Below, in pieces: positions 16,409 to 26,438 of a stretch of DNA of 64,000 nucleotides (position 1 is the stretch's first letter; each line of letters opens with the position of its first letter). The stretch is from an uncultured Fibrobacteraceae bacterium (GTDB taxonomy: Bacteria; Fibrobacterota; Chitinivibrionia; Chitinivibrionales; Chitinispirillaceae): the NCBI GenBank assembly GCA_964651515.1, contig CAZYYB010000001.1, forward strand, positions 15,068-79,067, written 5' to 3'. A program made the translations under genes and the position numbers. The notes under the pieces were generated by a model that worked only from the letters and a program-made list of their open reading frames with translations, ran no database searches and was not told the DNA's origin.

Positions 16409-19047
16409 ACATCCTCCCCGCCGGTTGATTTCTCGATAACGAGCCCCAATTTATCCGTGTAAATAAAACGGATACCATCTTTTAATCCTTCAACTTCGAC
16501 AAATCCATTTTCTCCTACGACCGCAACACTTTGTGCACCGTGAAGATAGGCAGAAAACGTCAGGCAGGGCTCCACGTGTTCAAAGCAGTATGCAGGAACC
16601 TTCACCAGATTTTTATGGATCGCCTGAGCAGTCGCAAGCCGGAATTCATCGCCGCCAATGCTGCCTCGGGTAGCATCAAAAAAAATGGCTTCATTTTCTG
16701 AAAGTTCATGGCATAGCACAATCGAAACGGTCGGCATATCGTTAAGACGGGTTTGCACGCCCTCTTCGTCCGGCAACTGCAACTGCCAGTAGTTGCTGTT
16801 CAACAGGGCTTTGAATCGTTTATTCGAATCACTGACAAATCTATCATCAATCAGTTTCTGCCAGGATTCAGGGTCATCATCACGTTCCCGGTAGGTTGCT
16901 TCAAGAATTTCCCTGATTTGTCCCGGAATTTTTATGCAAGGATAGTCTTGCCATGTTTGCAAAGTTCGAAGCAGGACAAAAGGATCATAAACACGTGCCT
17001 TGCCGCCAAGAGTCTCCATTATTTCCCTAGATTTCATATCTCGAAACTCTTTAAGGCATTTTTCTTCTTCGATGATAATTATTTGCGGTTCCTTAACAGG
17101 ACGATTTCCCCTTTTGTGACGCCACAATCGGCCGAGTCGCTGCAAGAGCATATCGGTGGGTGCTAGCTCGGTAATCATCAAATCGGCATCGAGGTCGACA
17201 CTCTGCTCAACAATTTGCGTCGAAACCAGAATTGAGCCGCATCTAGTATCGCTGCTTTTCCCAAGTCGTTCCATCCATTCGTTTTCAAGTTTCTCGCGCC
17301 GGTGGAATGGAAAGCGTGAATGGAGCAGGCCGAGGCGAATACCCTTTCCTGAAAATTCTTTAAACCGACGGAATTGGTTCTGCGCTCCATTAACAGTATT
17401 GCAAATCCAGAGAATGCATCCGCCTTTTTCGGCAAGTTCAATGGCCTTCTCCATAGCCTGGCCTTCGGATTTAAAACTTACCTGCACTTCGAGCGAACCC
17501 GGCGGCGTCGCCGGGACCGGATTCAGCAGTATTTCCCCTTGCCGCCCCGAAACAAGCGGATACGGCAGATTTGAATCATCTTCGGCCGCATTATTGCCGG
17601 AGGCGATGATTTGTCCGCGTCGTTTTCCCGTAAGTGTGGCAGACAGAATAATTACCGTACATCCCAGGCCCTCAAGGGATCTTATCAGTTTATCTATCAG
17701 CGTACCGGTATACAAGTCGTATGAATGTACTTCATCAATAACAACCACTTTTCCCGCCAGAGCAAAATGGCGGACAAAGAAATGCTTTGCCGCGACTACT
17801 CCGAGAAGCGCCTGATCAACAGTACCGACCCCAAACGGAGCGAGCAAAGCTCGCTTTGACGATGCAAACCAGTCTCGGCCATAACGGGCATCATTACTTG
17901 CAGAACAAATGCCCGTAGCGACAGGAGCGATGCCGGCATCGGCGTCCATCAGCCAGGAATTACCATGAATAAGTCGAATCCTATTAGATTCCGGTGAAAT
18001 TCGACTTATGAATTCATTCACCCGAAGATGTATGCGGTTACTCGTTGCCTGGGTCGGGAGCGCGAAATATATGCCCGTTGCCTTCCCTTCGGCAAGCAAT
18101 AGGTAAGCAGCCCATAACGCAGCCTCGGTTTTGCCCATGCCCATTGGGGCCTCTATAACATAAACACCGGGTGCAGTTATTGCCGCAGCCGTTTTCGCCT
18201 GCATGTCATTTGGTGACCAAATGATTCCAGGTTTTTTTCTATCAAGGAATAATTCATGAAAGGAAAGACCGTGAATAATTTCGGGCCTTTTGAATCCAAT
18301 AGTGCGGAGTGCTTTACTGGCAGATTCATCGGGGTCGAATGCCGCCGTATTGGGATCAGATCGGAAGAATCTTTCATCCGATCCTATCCAGTCCGCCACC
18401 GAGGTAAGGCCTGCAAGCCACCAAAGTGCAGGTAAGGAATCATTGATCTCCGTGATTTCAGTATTGCCGGCAAAAACACGCCATACATTTCGTGCTGCGG
18501 TATCTCTTTCTTTTTCCCAATCGATGCCGCTCCTGTTTTCTGAGATCGCCCCTTGCGGGTGGTAACCACGATCATTTGGAGGATTCAAACGGCCATGATG
18601 TCCACCCAGCACCGCCGATAAAAATTTTGCCGTTTTACAATCGCTGCATAGCTCCGATAGAAAATTTTGGATAGCGGCATGGGAAACTTTTCCATGGTCT
18701 GATTCCATACGGGTATCCCAGCAACCATTTCGGGCAATACCCGATAACCCATTCTCCTCAAGCCAGGTTGTGCACTTCATTTGAAATCCGGGTGATATTT
18801 TGCCGAGATCATGCAGGGCCGCAAGCGCCCCGACTTCGGCAGAATTTAATTGAAAGCGTTCAAGAAGATTTTTTGAAAGTTCAGCCATTCGCAGCGCAAC
18901 ATATCCTACATTAGTCATGTGTTCCGTAACGGAAATTCCCGGCTTATCCTCAGAAGTTGTTTTAGCCCAAAAATGGTTATTTGTCACACTTACCCCCTGC
19001 GGCGACATCTGAGCAAGGATACGGCAGAAAAAAATTCCGGTAGTCAT
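16405..19047 (-). CDS. cas3: Cas3 HD nuclease/SF2 helicase
   Basis: 880 aa. HD region (LHDLGKISPGFQ), Walker A (APMGMGKTEAAL) and DEVH box (IDEVHSYD). Confidence 0.95.
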   Translation of the reverse strand: MTTGIFFCRILAQMSPQGVSVTNNHFWAKTTSEDKPGISVTEHMTNVGYVALRMAELSKNLLERFQLNSAEVGALAALHDLGKISPGFQMKCTTWLEENGLSGIARNGCWDTRMESDHGKVSHAAIQNFLSELCSDCKTAKFLSAVLGGHHGRLNPPNDRGYHPQGAISENRSGIDWEKERDTAARNVWRVFAGNTEITEINDSLPALWWLAGLTSVADWIGSDERFFRSDPNTAAFDPDESASKALRTIGFKRPEIIHGLSFHELFLDRKKPGIIWSPNDMQAKTAAAITAPGVYVIEAPMGMGKTEAALWAAYLLLAEGKATGIYFALPTQATSNRIHLRVNEFISRISPESNRIRLIHGNSWLMDADAGIAPVATGICSASNDARYGRDWFASSKRALLAPFGVGTVDQALLGVVAAKHFFVRHFALAGKVVVIDEVHSYDLYTGTLIDKLIRSLEGLGCTVIILSATLTGKRRGQIIASGNNAAEDDSNLPYPLVSGRQGEILLNPVPATPPGSLEVQVSFKSEGQAMEKAIELAEKGGCILWICNTVNGAQNQFRRFKEFSGKGIRLGLLHSRFPFHRREKLENEWMERLGKSSDTRCGSILVSTQIVEQSVDLDADLMITELAPTDMLLQRLGRLWRHKRGNRPVKEPQIIIIEEEKCLKEFRDMKSREIMETLGGKARVYDPFVLLRTLQTWQDYPCIKIPGQIREILEATYRERDDDPESWQKLIDDRFVSDSNKRFKALLNSNYWQLQLPDEEGVQTRLNDMPTVSIVLCHELSENEAIFFDATRGSIGGDEFRLATAQAIHKNLVKVPAYCFEHVEPCLTFSAYLHGAQSVAVVGENGFVEVEGLKDGIRFIYTDKLGLVIEKSTGGEDV

Positions 19048-19069
19048 TATTAGCCCGGCACTTCCAGCT

Positions 19070-19333
19070 TCAGCAAAATAAACATTCGCAACTTGCCATG
19101 CAAAGGAATTTGTTCGTTAAGGCAAAATTACCTTCAGGTCGTTCCACCCCGGTTATTTGTCCAGGGTGGCAAGAAATGTGCATCTCCAACGACTTCGCTG
19201 TCTTCTCCCTGCCGCCGGTAAGCGCCGCGACGACATCGACTACCGAAAACCACCACTCGTCGTTAAAGAGCGTCTTGCGGATTTCTCTACCCCCGGCTTT
19301 CGCCGGCCGGCGCTTACCCCGACTTCCGGGCAT
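19070..19333 (-). pseudogene. Fragment of a BRO-N/prophage-antirepressor-like gene
   Basis: IRKTLFNDEWWFSVVDVVAALTG resembles the N-terminal motif of prophage antirepressor-like proteins. The rest does not continue the family pattern. Confidence 0.3.
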
Positions 19334-19391
19334 TATTTTTGCTCAAACTATGCCAGGATCTAATTTTAACTACTTTTCTATAAATATAAGG

Positions 19392-20618
19392 ATGCTGGGA
19401 CCCACTTCCGGGGAGTATTCCGTGTACCGTTCGATACTTCTGGTCGCCTGTTTCGCCGCCGGGCTTTTCGCGGCCATCGCTCCGGGCGACAGCATGGCGG
19501 TACGGGCCATTCTCGATGCGAACGGGATCGTCGGGGTGGCGGTTTCGGATATCGTCGATACGGCCGACGGCCGGGTGGTTTCGCTGTTCCTCTCGTCGCG
19601 GAAAATCCACACCTTGCCGCACGACATCGGCGGCCTGTCGTCGCTGCGGCTTCTTGCCCTGGATCACAACGAGCTGACGTCGCTTCCCGGGGAGATCGAT
19701 TCCCTCGGGGAGCTGTACAACCTGTCGCTGTCGGACAATCGGCTGGCGACGCTGCCCCCCCAGCTCGACGGCCTGTCGTCGCTCGTCGTCCTGACGCTCG
19801 ACCATAACCGCTTTACCCGGTTTCCCGAGGGTGCGCTCACGCTGAAGAACCTCCAGGAGCTGAACATGACGGGAAACGGCATCGATGCCCTGCCCGCCGA
19901 AATCGCGAAGATGAGCGGCCTGCTCATCCTGCATCTCGACTCCAACCTCATCGAGGAGGTTCCGCCCGAGATCGGCGACCTGGCCGGACTTCAGGTGCTC
20001 GGGCTGGGGCACAATCAAATTTCCGAACTGCCTCCGGCGGTGGGTGCACTCGGCAGCCTGGCCATGGCCGACTTTTCATTCAATCGGCTGACCGCGCTGC
20101 CCAGGGAGCTCTATTTCTGCACCGCGCTGACCGATCTCACCATCAGCGGCAACGGCATTACCGAGATTTCCGCCGAGGTGAAAAGCCTCAGGAACCTCCG
20201 GTTTTTCATCGCCGACAGCAACGACATCGTCGGTCTGCCGGCCGAAATAACCCAATGTTCCGCGCTGCAGAAGCTCTCGCTCGCCGACAACCGGCTGGCC
20301 GAATTGCCGGCGGACATCGGAAAGTGCACGAAGCTCGCGGTGCTGGACGCGTCGATCAACGTGCTCACCGGTCTTCCGGCGAGCATTACCGGCCTGCCCG
20401 CACTCGGCGCGCTGTTCCTCGGACACAACCGGCTCGACTCCCTGCCTCCCCGCATCGAAAACCTTACCGGGCTGTACCTCGAAACGGGAAGCGTCCGCTT
20501 TGCAACGCTCGACCTTTCGGATAATCGCCTCTGCGGGCTCACGGGGACGGCCAGGGCCTGGGCCGACCGGTTCGATCCCGGCTGGGAGTCGAAGCAGGAT
20601 TGCACGGGCGCGCATTAA
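19392..20618 (+). CDS. Leucine-rich repeat (LRR) protein with N-terminal signal/lipoprotein-like segment
   Basis: About 14 tandem 23-aa LRRs (L..L..L.L..N.L..LP..I). N-terminus: SILLVACFAAGLFAA. Alternative start at 19350; the ORF-track start 19098 is unlikely. Confidence 0.8.
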   Translation: MLGPTSGEYSVYRSILLVACFAAGLFAAIAPGDSMAVRAILDANGIVGVAVSDIVDTADGRVVSLFLSSRKIHTLPHDIGGLSSLRLLALDHNELTSLPGEIDSLGELYNLSLSDNRLATLPPQLDGLSSLVVLTLDHNRFTRFPEGALTLKNLQELNMTGNGIDALPAEIAKMSGLLILHLDSNLIEEVPPEIGDLAGLQVLGLGHNQISELPPAVGALGSLAMADFSFNRLTALPRELYFCTALTDLTISGNGITEISAEVKSLRNLRFFIADSNDIVGLPAEITQCSALQKLSLADNRLAELPADIGKCTKLAVLDASINVLTGLPASITGLPALGALFLGHNRLDSLPPRIENLTGLYLETGSVRFATLDLSDNRLCGLTGTARAWADRFDPGWESKQDCTGAH

Positions 20619-20640
20619 CTCACTGGAAACCGGAGCGACG

Positions 20641-21735
20641 GTGAAACGAACGATTCTTTACGACAGGCATAGGGCGCTCGGCGCGAAGATGGCGCCGTTT
20701 GGCGGCTACGAGATGCCGATTCAGTACTCGGGCATCATCAGGGAGCACCTCGCGACGCGCGAGGGGACGACGATTTTCGATACCTGTCACATGGGTGAGT
20801 TCCGCATCAGGGGGCCCGGTGCGCTCGCCGACCTGGAAAAGACCCTCTCCTGCGAAGTGAAATCGATTCGCGTGGGCCAGTGCCGGTACGGGTTCATCAC
20901 CAATGAGGCGGGCGGCGTCATCGACGACCAGATCCTGTACCGGATGGGCGACGACGACTTTTTCATGGTGGTGAACGCCTCGACCGAAGAGAGCGATTTC
21001 AGGAGGCTGCAGAGCACCTTTTCCCCCTCGGTCCACCTTGAGAACCTCTCGGCGGCGACCGGTAAGCTGGATCTCCAGGGGCCCGGGTCGGCGAAGGTGC
21101 TGCAGGGCCTCGTCGAGCTCCCCATCGACGAGATGAAATACTACCGCTGGGCCGGGAACCGCTATCGCGGGCAGGAGGTGCTCCTCAGCCGGACGGGCTA
21201 TACGGGGGAGCTGGGGTTTGAACTGTATGCATCAAACGAGCTCACCCTCGCGTTCTGGGACGACTGCCTTGCGGCGGGCGTGGTGCCGGCCGGTCTCGGG
21301 GCGCGCGATACGCTGCGGCTCGAAATGGGATTCCCGCTCTACGGCCACGAGCTCGACGAAAGCGGCAACCCGGCGGAATCGGGATTTACGCGTGCGATTG
21401 CCCCGCACAAGGAGTTTACCGGTTCGGGGATCATCCACGATCCGGACAACCTGAAGCGGCAACTCGTCGGTATCGCCTTCGACTCGCGGCGGGCCGCCCG
21501 GCACGGGGATGCGGTGCTCGACGGCGCGGGCCGGCCGATCGGACGGGTGACGAGCGGGTCCTTCGCTCCGTCGCTCTCCCGCGCCATCGCGCTGGCCTAC
21601 GTTGCGCGCGACGCCTCGGACGAGGGAACGGACGTAACGGTTGCAACCGAGCGGGGAGCGCTGCCGGGGAGAATCGCGGCGCTCCCGTTTTACACCATGG
21701 CCACCGGAAGGGCCGAGCTGAAGGCCTACCTGTGA
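20641..21735 (+). CDS. gcvT: Glycine cleavage system aminomethyltransferase T
   Basis: GTG start after GGAG. VKRTILYDRHRALGAKMAPFGGYEMPIQY..., DTCHMGEF, GYTGELGFE. Confidence 0.9.
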   Translation: MKRTILYDRHRALGAKMAPFGGYEMPIQYSGIIREHLATREGTTIFDTCHMGEFRIRGPGALADLEKTLSCEVKSIRVGQCRYGFITNEAGGVIDDQILYRMGDDDFFMVVNASTEESDFRRLQSTFSPSVHLENLSAATGKLDLQGPGSAKVLQGLVELPIDEMKYYRWAGNRYRGQEVLLSRTGYTGELGFELYASNELTLAFWDDCLAAGVVPAGLGARDTLRLEMGFPLYGHELDESGNPAESGFTRAIAPHKEFTGSGIIHDPDNLKRQLVGIAFDSRRAARHGDAVLDGAGRPIGRVTSGSFAPSLSRAIALAYVARDASDEGTDVTVATERGALPGRIAALPFYTMATGRAELKAYL

Positions 21736-21789
21736 CCGCGGCGGTTGAAAAGAAGCCGAAGAACGGTCGGGCGGAGGGGCGCACGGATC

Positions 21790-23217
21790 ATGCGTAAGGT
21801 TTCCGTCGTCGTGGTTATCCGTAACCAGATCGAATATAACCGTCTCTTTCTCTCCTCGCTAGAAAAATCCAGCGCCGTTCCCTATGAACTCATCGTCGTC
21901 GACAACGGTTCGACCGACGGTTCGGCCGAATTTTTCGAGAGCCACGGGGCAACCGTCCTTCGCAACGGGACCAACCACTGCTACGGGTGCTCGCAGAACC
22001 GGGGCATAGCGCATGCGTCGGCAGACTATATCGCCTGCCTGAACAACGACATCCGTCTTTCGCCGATGTGGGACGCCCGCCTGGTCGCCCATATGGAAGA
22101 GTTCGGCCTCGATGTGCTCTCCCCCTGCGGGATCGAAACCATGGAAACGGAAAAAGCCACCAGACGCAGCATGCGGAAGTGGCGACTGATAAACCACATT
22201 CAGCGACTGCGCATGTCGAGGGGATGGTCGTACCGGGAAAGCGACCTCCGGCTGCTTCTCCGGGTGATGTATGGCAACTGGGAGAAGTTTACCGAGGATC
22301 GGTACCGGCGCTTCAGGAATTTCCTGTATCCCGGCATCGCGGGCAATGCGGTGCTCATCCGGCGAAGCGTTTTCGACCGGATCGGTCCCTGGAGCACCGA
22401 GGTCAACGGGTCCGACTGGGATTTCCAGTTGCGCCTGCTCAAGCGCCGGGCGGAAAATGGAGACGTCCGGCCGTCGATGATTGCCGGGGACGTCTTCGTG
22501 CATCATTTTATCCGCGCAACCGGACCGACGGTAAAGCGCATCCCGCAATGCGACCATCCCCTGCGGGACATTGCCGCGGTCTGGCCCCGGAAGGACCATG
22601 TCTACCTGCGCAAACCCGGGCTCTCCCTCATCGTCGCCTTTGCCGGCGGGCGGGCGGCGGGAGAGCGGCTGCTTGGCGCCCTGAGCGGCCAGAGCATGAC
22701 CGATTTCGAAATTATCATGGTAGAAAGCGTGCCGGACCCCGAAACCGCCCCCTGCATCGAACGGTGGCAGTCCCGCTTTCCGCATCCGATCGTGCGCATC
22801 GTGCCGCCCCGGAGCGCCGAGGCGTCGCCGGAGTGGAGTATGGTAAGCGAGGCCGTCGATCGCGCGCGCAGCGATTACCTCTGCTTCATGGAGGCCGACG
22901 GCCTTCCGGGCAGGGAATTTCTCGCCGGGCACTTTCGATCGAGGCGGATCGGGGTGGTCGTGACCGGGGAGGGACCGTCATCCGGAGAGGGCCGGCCCGG
23001 CCCGGAAGGGCGACACCCCGGCCGGGGCAGCTATTCGGTATTCACGGGGGATCTCTTCCGCTACCGGGCCGCCGGCGGCTGCGGCGGGAAACCGGCGCAG
23101 GGTTGCGGCCCGACGGGGCTTTTCGAACAACCCGGCATCCGGGTTCGGCAATTGGACGGAAAGGCGGCACTCCGCCGGTATGGCGATGCCGGGAGCGCTG
23201 CCGACGGGCGTCGCTGA
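21790..23217 (+). CDS. Family 2 glycosyltransferase (two GT2-like halves)
   Basis: VSVVVVIRNQ..ELIVVDNGSTDGS, then a second LSLIVAF...FEIIMVES...YLCFMEADG. Low-complexity C-terminal tail. Confidence 0.75.
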   Translation: MRKVSVVVVIRNQIEYNRLFLSSLEKSSAVPYELIVVDNGSTDGSAEFFESHGATVLRNGTNHCYGCSQNRGIAHASADYIACLNNDIRLSPMWDARLVAHMEEFGLDVLSPCGIETMETEKATRRSMRKWRLINHIQRLRMSRGWSYRESDLRLLLRVMYGNWEKFTEDRYRRFRNFLYPGIAGNAVLIRRSVFDRIGPWSTEVNGSDWDFQLRLLKRRAENGDVRPSMIAGDVFVHHFIRATGPTVKRIPQCDHPLRDIAAVWPRKDHVYLRKPGLSLIVAFAGGRAAGERLLGALSGQSMTDFEIIMVESVPDPETAPCIERWQSRFPHPIVRIVPPRSAEASPEWSMVSEAVDRARSDYLCFMEADGLPGREFLAGHFRSRRIGVVVTGEGPSSGEGRPGPEGRHPGRGSYSVFTGDLFRYRAAGGCGGKPAQGCGPTGLFEQPGIRVRQLDGKAALRRYGDAGSAADGRR

Positions 23218-23223
23218 GGGCCT

Positions 23224-24345
23224 TCAGCCGATTACCGGAATACCGGTGACGCCGAAGGTCTCCCTGCCGAGCGCCAGCATCTCCATTTTGTCCAGCCGGA
23301 TGCATTTGCCCAGGGGCAATCCCTTCGAGAAACGCAACCCTTCGAGTCCGCGGCCGACGATTTTATTCCCATAGAGCAGGTAGATCCGGTTGACGAGTCC
23401 GGCTTCGAGGAACGAGGAGGCCAGCCCCTGCCCGCCTTCGACGAAGATGCTCGTCAGGTTGTTCTCATAGGCCATTTCGGTGAAAGCCGAAAGGTGCGCC
23501 GATTTGCCCCGCGTGCCCGTGTACCAGTATTCGAGGCGGGAAGCGTCGTCCCGCTCGATCCGCCGGGGGGAGCGATCGCGGACCACGACGATGCTCCTGG
23601 CCGAAGCGGCATGGCGGGAGAACCAGGCCTCTGCGGGGAGGTTTTTATTCGAGGTGAAAATGCAGCGGGCCGGGGTGACCCCCCGCCCCCCGCGCGCGGT
23701 CAGACGCGGATCGTCGCATTCGAGCGTCGTTCGTCCCACCGCGACGGCTGCGTGGCGGCTGCGCAAAAGATGGACAAAGGAACGGGCCTGCGGCTCGGTA
23801 ATCCATTTGGACGACCCTTCGGCGTCGGCGATGCGTCCATCAAGCGTGCAGGCGAGCTTGAGGGTGATCCAGGAGCGGCGCCGGGTAATGGCCCAGAAAA
23901 AATCCTCGTTCACCGCTTCGGCCTCGTCGCGCAGCAGAAAGGTATCGACCCGGATTCCCGCCGCCTTGAGGAGCGCCACCCCCTTGCCATTGACAAGAGG
24001 GTTCGGGTCGCCGATCGCGACCACGACCCGCCGTACTCCCGCGGCGATGATCGCATCGATGCAGGGCGGGGTCCGGCCGTGGTGGCAGCACGGTTCGAGG
24101 GTGACGTACAGGGTGGCGCCGCGGGCCTTCGGGCCCGCCTGACCGAGGGCAACCCGTTCGGCATGGGGACCTCCCCACGCCTGCGTGCTCCCGGTTCCGG
24201 CGATCCGGGCACCCTTCACGACAATCGCTCCCACCGCCGGGTTCGGGAATGTTTTCCCCTTTACCGACCAGGCAAGGGCCAGCGCCCGGGACATGAATTC
24301 GCGGTCGGGAACCGAAAAGGGTTGGGGAGTCGCCGGCATTTCCAA
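23224..24345 (-). CDS. ribD: Bifunctional riboflavin biosynthesis deaminase/reductase RibD
   Basis: 373 aa with HAERVAL and TLEPCCHHGRTPPC deaminase motifs plus a reductase domain. Confidence 0.92.
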   Translation of the reverse strand: MEMPATPQPFSVPDREFMSRALALAWSVKGKTFPNPAVGAIVVKGARIAGTGSTQAWGGPHAERVALGQAGPKARGATLYVTLEPCCHHGRTPPCIDAIIAAGVRRVVVAIGDPNPLVNGKGVALLKAAGIRVDTFLLRDEAEAVNEDFFWAITRRRSWITLKLACTLDGRIADAEGSSKWITEPQARSFVHLLRSRHAAVAVGRTTLECDDPRLTARGGRGVTPARCIFTSNKNLPAEAWFSRHAASARSIVVVRDRSPRRIERDDASRLEYWYTGTRGKSAHLSAFTEMAYENNLTSIFVEGGQGLASSFLEAGLVNRIYLLYGNKIVGRGLEGLRFSKGLPLGKCIRLDKMEMLALGRETFGVTGIPVIG

Positions 24346-24717
24346 AAAATAGCATTAAGCGTCGAACGGCCGACGCAAGCCGGACGGGGGCTCCCGGACA
24401 GGAAAATTCTATCGGCGCGTAAGGAAGGGCTTTCCCTTTCCCTCCCGGCGCTCTATCTGCCGAAAGGATAACCGGAAGCGGGACTTGATTAAACCAGCGC
24501 TGAAAGATATAATATTTTTTCAGGGCCCGGTTTTGATATTATATTTCATAATCGAAGCGGGGCTACGTTCGATGGTGCGGAAGGGGTTGTGCCGCGCTGC
24601 GGGGCGCCGGGTGAACAATTTATTACAATAAAAAATTTACCTTGCATGACCGGAAGCGGAACAATATAATCTTTTTTTCAATGCATCAGGCACTCCCGGC
24701 AGGGGTGAAAAGAGATT

Positions 24718-25410
24718 ATGGCCTTTACGGATAAGAAGATGCGCGGTTTTGTGAAGTTCATTCCGATGATCTGCGCCATTGCAGGAGCCATGGTGTTCCT
24801 GCTCAACGTAAATGCGGCGGCGGAGGGCGAGGAGTATGTCCTGAAGCCGGGAGACGTCATTTCCGTCAATGTCGTCGAGCACGAGGAATTCTCGGGCCGC
24901 CATAAAATCCGGCCCGACGGGCGGATCAATTACCCGGTCATCGGTGAGTTGGATGTTGCGGGGCTTACCTGCGCCCAGCTGGTGAAGATCATGGAAGGCA
25001 AGCTCTCCCCCTACGTAAATAACCCCGTGGTGTCGATATCGATCGAGGCGTATTACGCCAATAAAATATTCATTATCGGCGATGTCAACCGCCCCGGCGA
25101 ATTTGAAATCTACGAACCGATCGATCTGATCAAGGCGCTCGCCATGAGCGGCGGTCAGAAAAACGCCAACGCGCGAACCGCCAAGATCATCCGGGCCGAC
25201 GGATCCATCGTTACGGTCGATCTCCTCAACCTGTGCAACGGAAAGTATTCGAAGCAGGAAACCGCCAAGTTCCTGCTCTACCCGGGTGACACCATATTTA
25301 TTCCTGAAACTTTTATCTTCAACTGGGGCCTCTTCGCCGCATTCCTGAGCGTGGCGGCTCTCGGGCTGCAGGTAGCCCTGTATGTCTATTGGCTTGGTAT
25401 CGCGAAGTGA
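24718..25410 (+). CDS. Polysaccharide export protein (Wza/Poly_export + SLBB)
   Basis: YVLKPGDVISVNV...IRPDGRINYPVIGELDVAGLT..., IFIIGDVNRPGEFE. Confidence 0.85.
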   Translation: MAFTDKKMRGFVKFIPMICAIAGAMVFLLNVNAAAEGEEYVLKPGDVISVNVVEHEEFSGRHKIRPDGRINYPVIGELDVAGLTCAQLVKIMEGKLSPYVNNPVVSISIEAYYANKIFIIGDVNRPGEFEIYEPIDLIKALAMSGGQKNANARTAKIIRADGSIVTVDLLNLCNGKYSKQETAKFLLYPGDTIFIPETFIFNWGLFAAFLSVAALGLQVALYVYWLGIAK

Positions 25411-25583
25411 TTTTCATCGGCAACGGCCGCGGCCGCTCTGCGGCACGGACGATACGACCTGTTCCCCGCACGCAGATCAATCACCGGTTGCAACCATGAA
25501 TTTGCCGGCCTCCCGCGCAGGCGCGATGCCGCGTCTGTTTTTCGGAAAAAGAGCGGGAACGGCGGTATGGAGATGGTACGTCT

Positions 25584-26438
25584 ATGGGGTATGTCGAATT
25601 CTGGGACCTGGCCGAGAAACCGTTTGAAGAGGTAAACGACCCCCGGTTTTTCTTCGAAAGCGAAGGGCACCGGGAGGCGCTCGACCGGATGCTCTATGTT
25701 GTCAACGACCGGAACATGAACATCGGCCTGCTCACCGGTGAGATCGGGTCCGGCAAGACGCTCATCAGGAAGGTCCTCTTCTCCTCCCTGCCGTCGCAGC
25801 AGTTCGAAATAATCGATTTTGAAAATTCCAATTACCCCTTCGAGGATCTCCTGTTCGATTCGGTTCACCGCATCGCCTCGGAGCATCCGCACGCGCCCCC
25901 TTCCGGAACGGGCGGGCTCCCGGACCGGGGCGATAAATTCGCGCTCATGCGTCTCTTCCGCGCCCAGCTCGAACACCTGTGCTACGAAGAAAAACGCCAT
26001 CTCGTGATTCTTTTCGACGAGGCGCAGCAGATGGACGATGTCGCGCTCGACGAGGTGAAGAATTTTACGAATTTCGCCGCCCGCGGGGAGAACTTCCTCA
26101 CCGTCTTTTTCGTCGGGCAACCCGAGCTGCGTGAAAAGATAAAGCGTCTCCGCCAACTCGATCAGCGCATTTTTCTCCGATTCCATCTCAACAATCTTGA
26201 TTTCAAGAACACGGTCGGCTACATCGACCACCGTCTCATGATCGCCGGAAGACCGAAAAACGGCGTCTTCAGCGAGTCGTCGCTCGAATTGATTTTCCGG
26301 GCGACCGGCGGCGTGCCCCGGGAGATCAACCGCCTCTGCAAGCTTGCCCTGCAACATGGCTTCGCGAACGATCTCGCCGCCATTGCCCCCGACGACATCC
26401 AGGCAATCCTCGACGATATGAAGGCCCAGAGCGGATGA
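25584..26438 (+). CDS. ExeA-like AAA ATPase (secretion/EPS-locus ATPase)
   Basis: FWDLAEKPFE....F..S..H.EAL..L, Walker A GEIGSGKT, LILFDEAQ. Confidence 0.8.
   Translation: MGYVEFWDLAEKPFEEVNDPRFFFESEGHREALDRMLYVVNDRNMNIGLLTGEIGSGKTLIRKVLFSSLPSQQFEIIDFENSNYPFEDLLFDSVHRIASEHPHAPPSGTGGLPDRGDKFALMRLFRAQLEHLCYEEKRHLVILFDEAQQMDDVALDEVKNFTNFAARGENFLTVFFVGQPELREKIKRLRQLDQRIFLRFHLNNLDFKNTVGYIDHRLMIAGRPKNGVFSESSLELIFRATGGVPREINRLCKLALQHGFANDLAAIAPDDIQAILDDMKAQSG

Noticed and set aside
19098-19391. ORF-track start of the LRR protein at 19098 (506 aa).
   Set aside because: The first ~98 codons overlap the antisense BRO-like fragment and lack LRR or signal features. A start at 19392 (or 19350) gives a proper hydrophobic N-terminus.
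24346-24640. FMN riboswitch expected upstream of ribD.
   Set aside because: I read the minus strand against the RFN core (GGGCAGGGTGAAATTCCC...CCGACAGT.AAGTCTGGATG) and found no convincing match. A covariance-model scan would be decisive.
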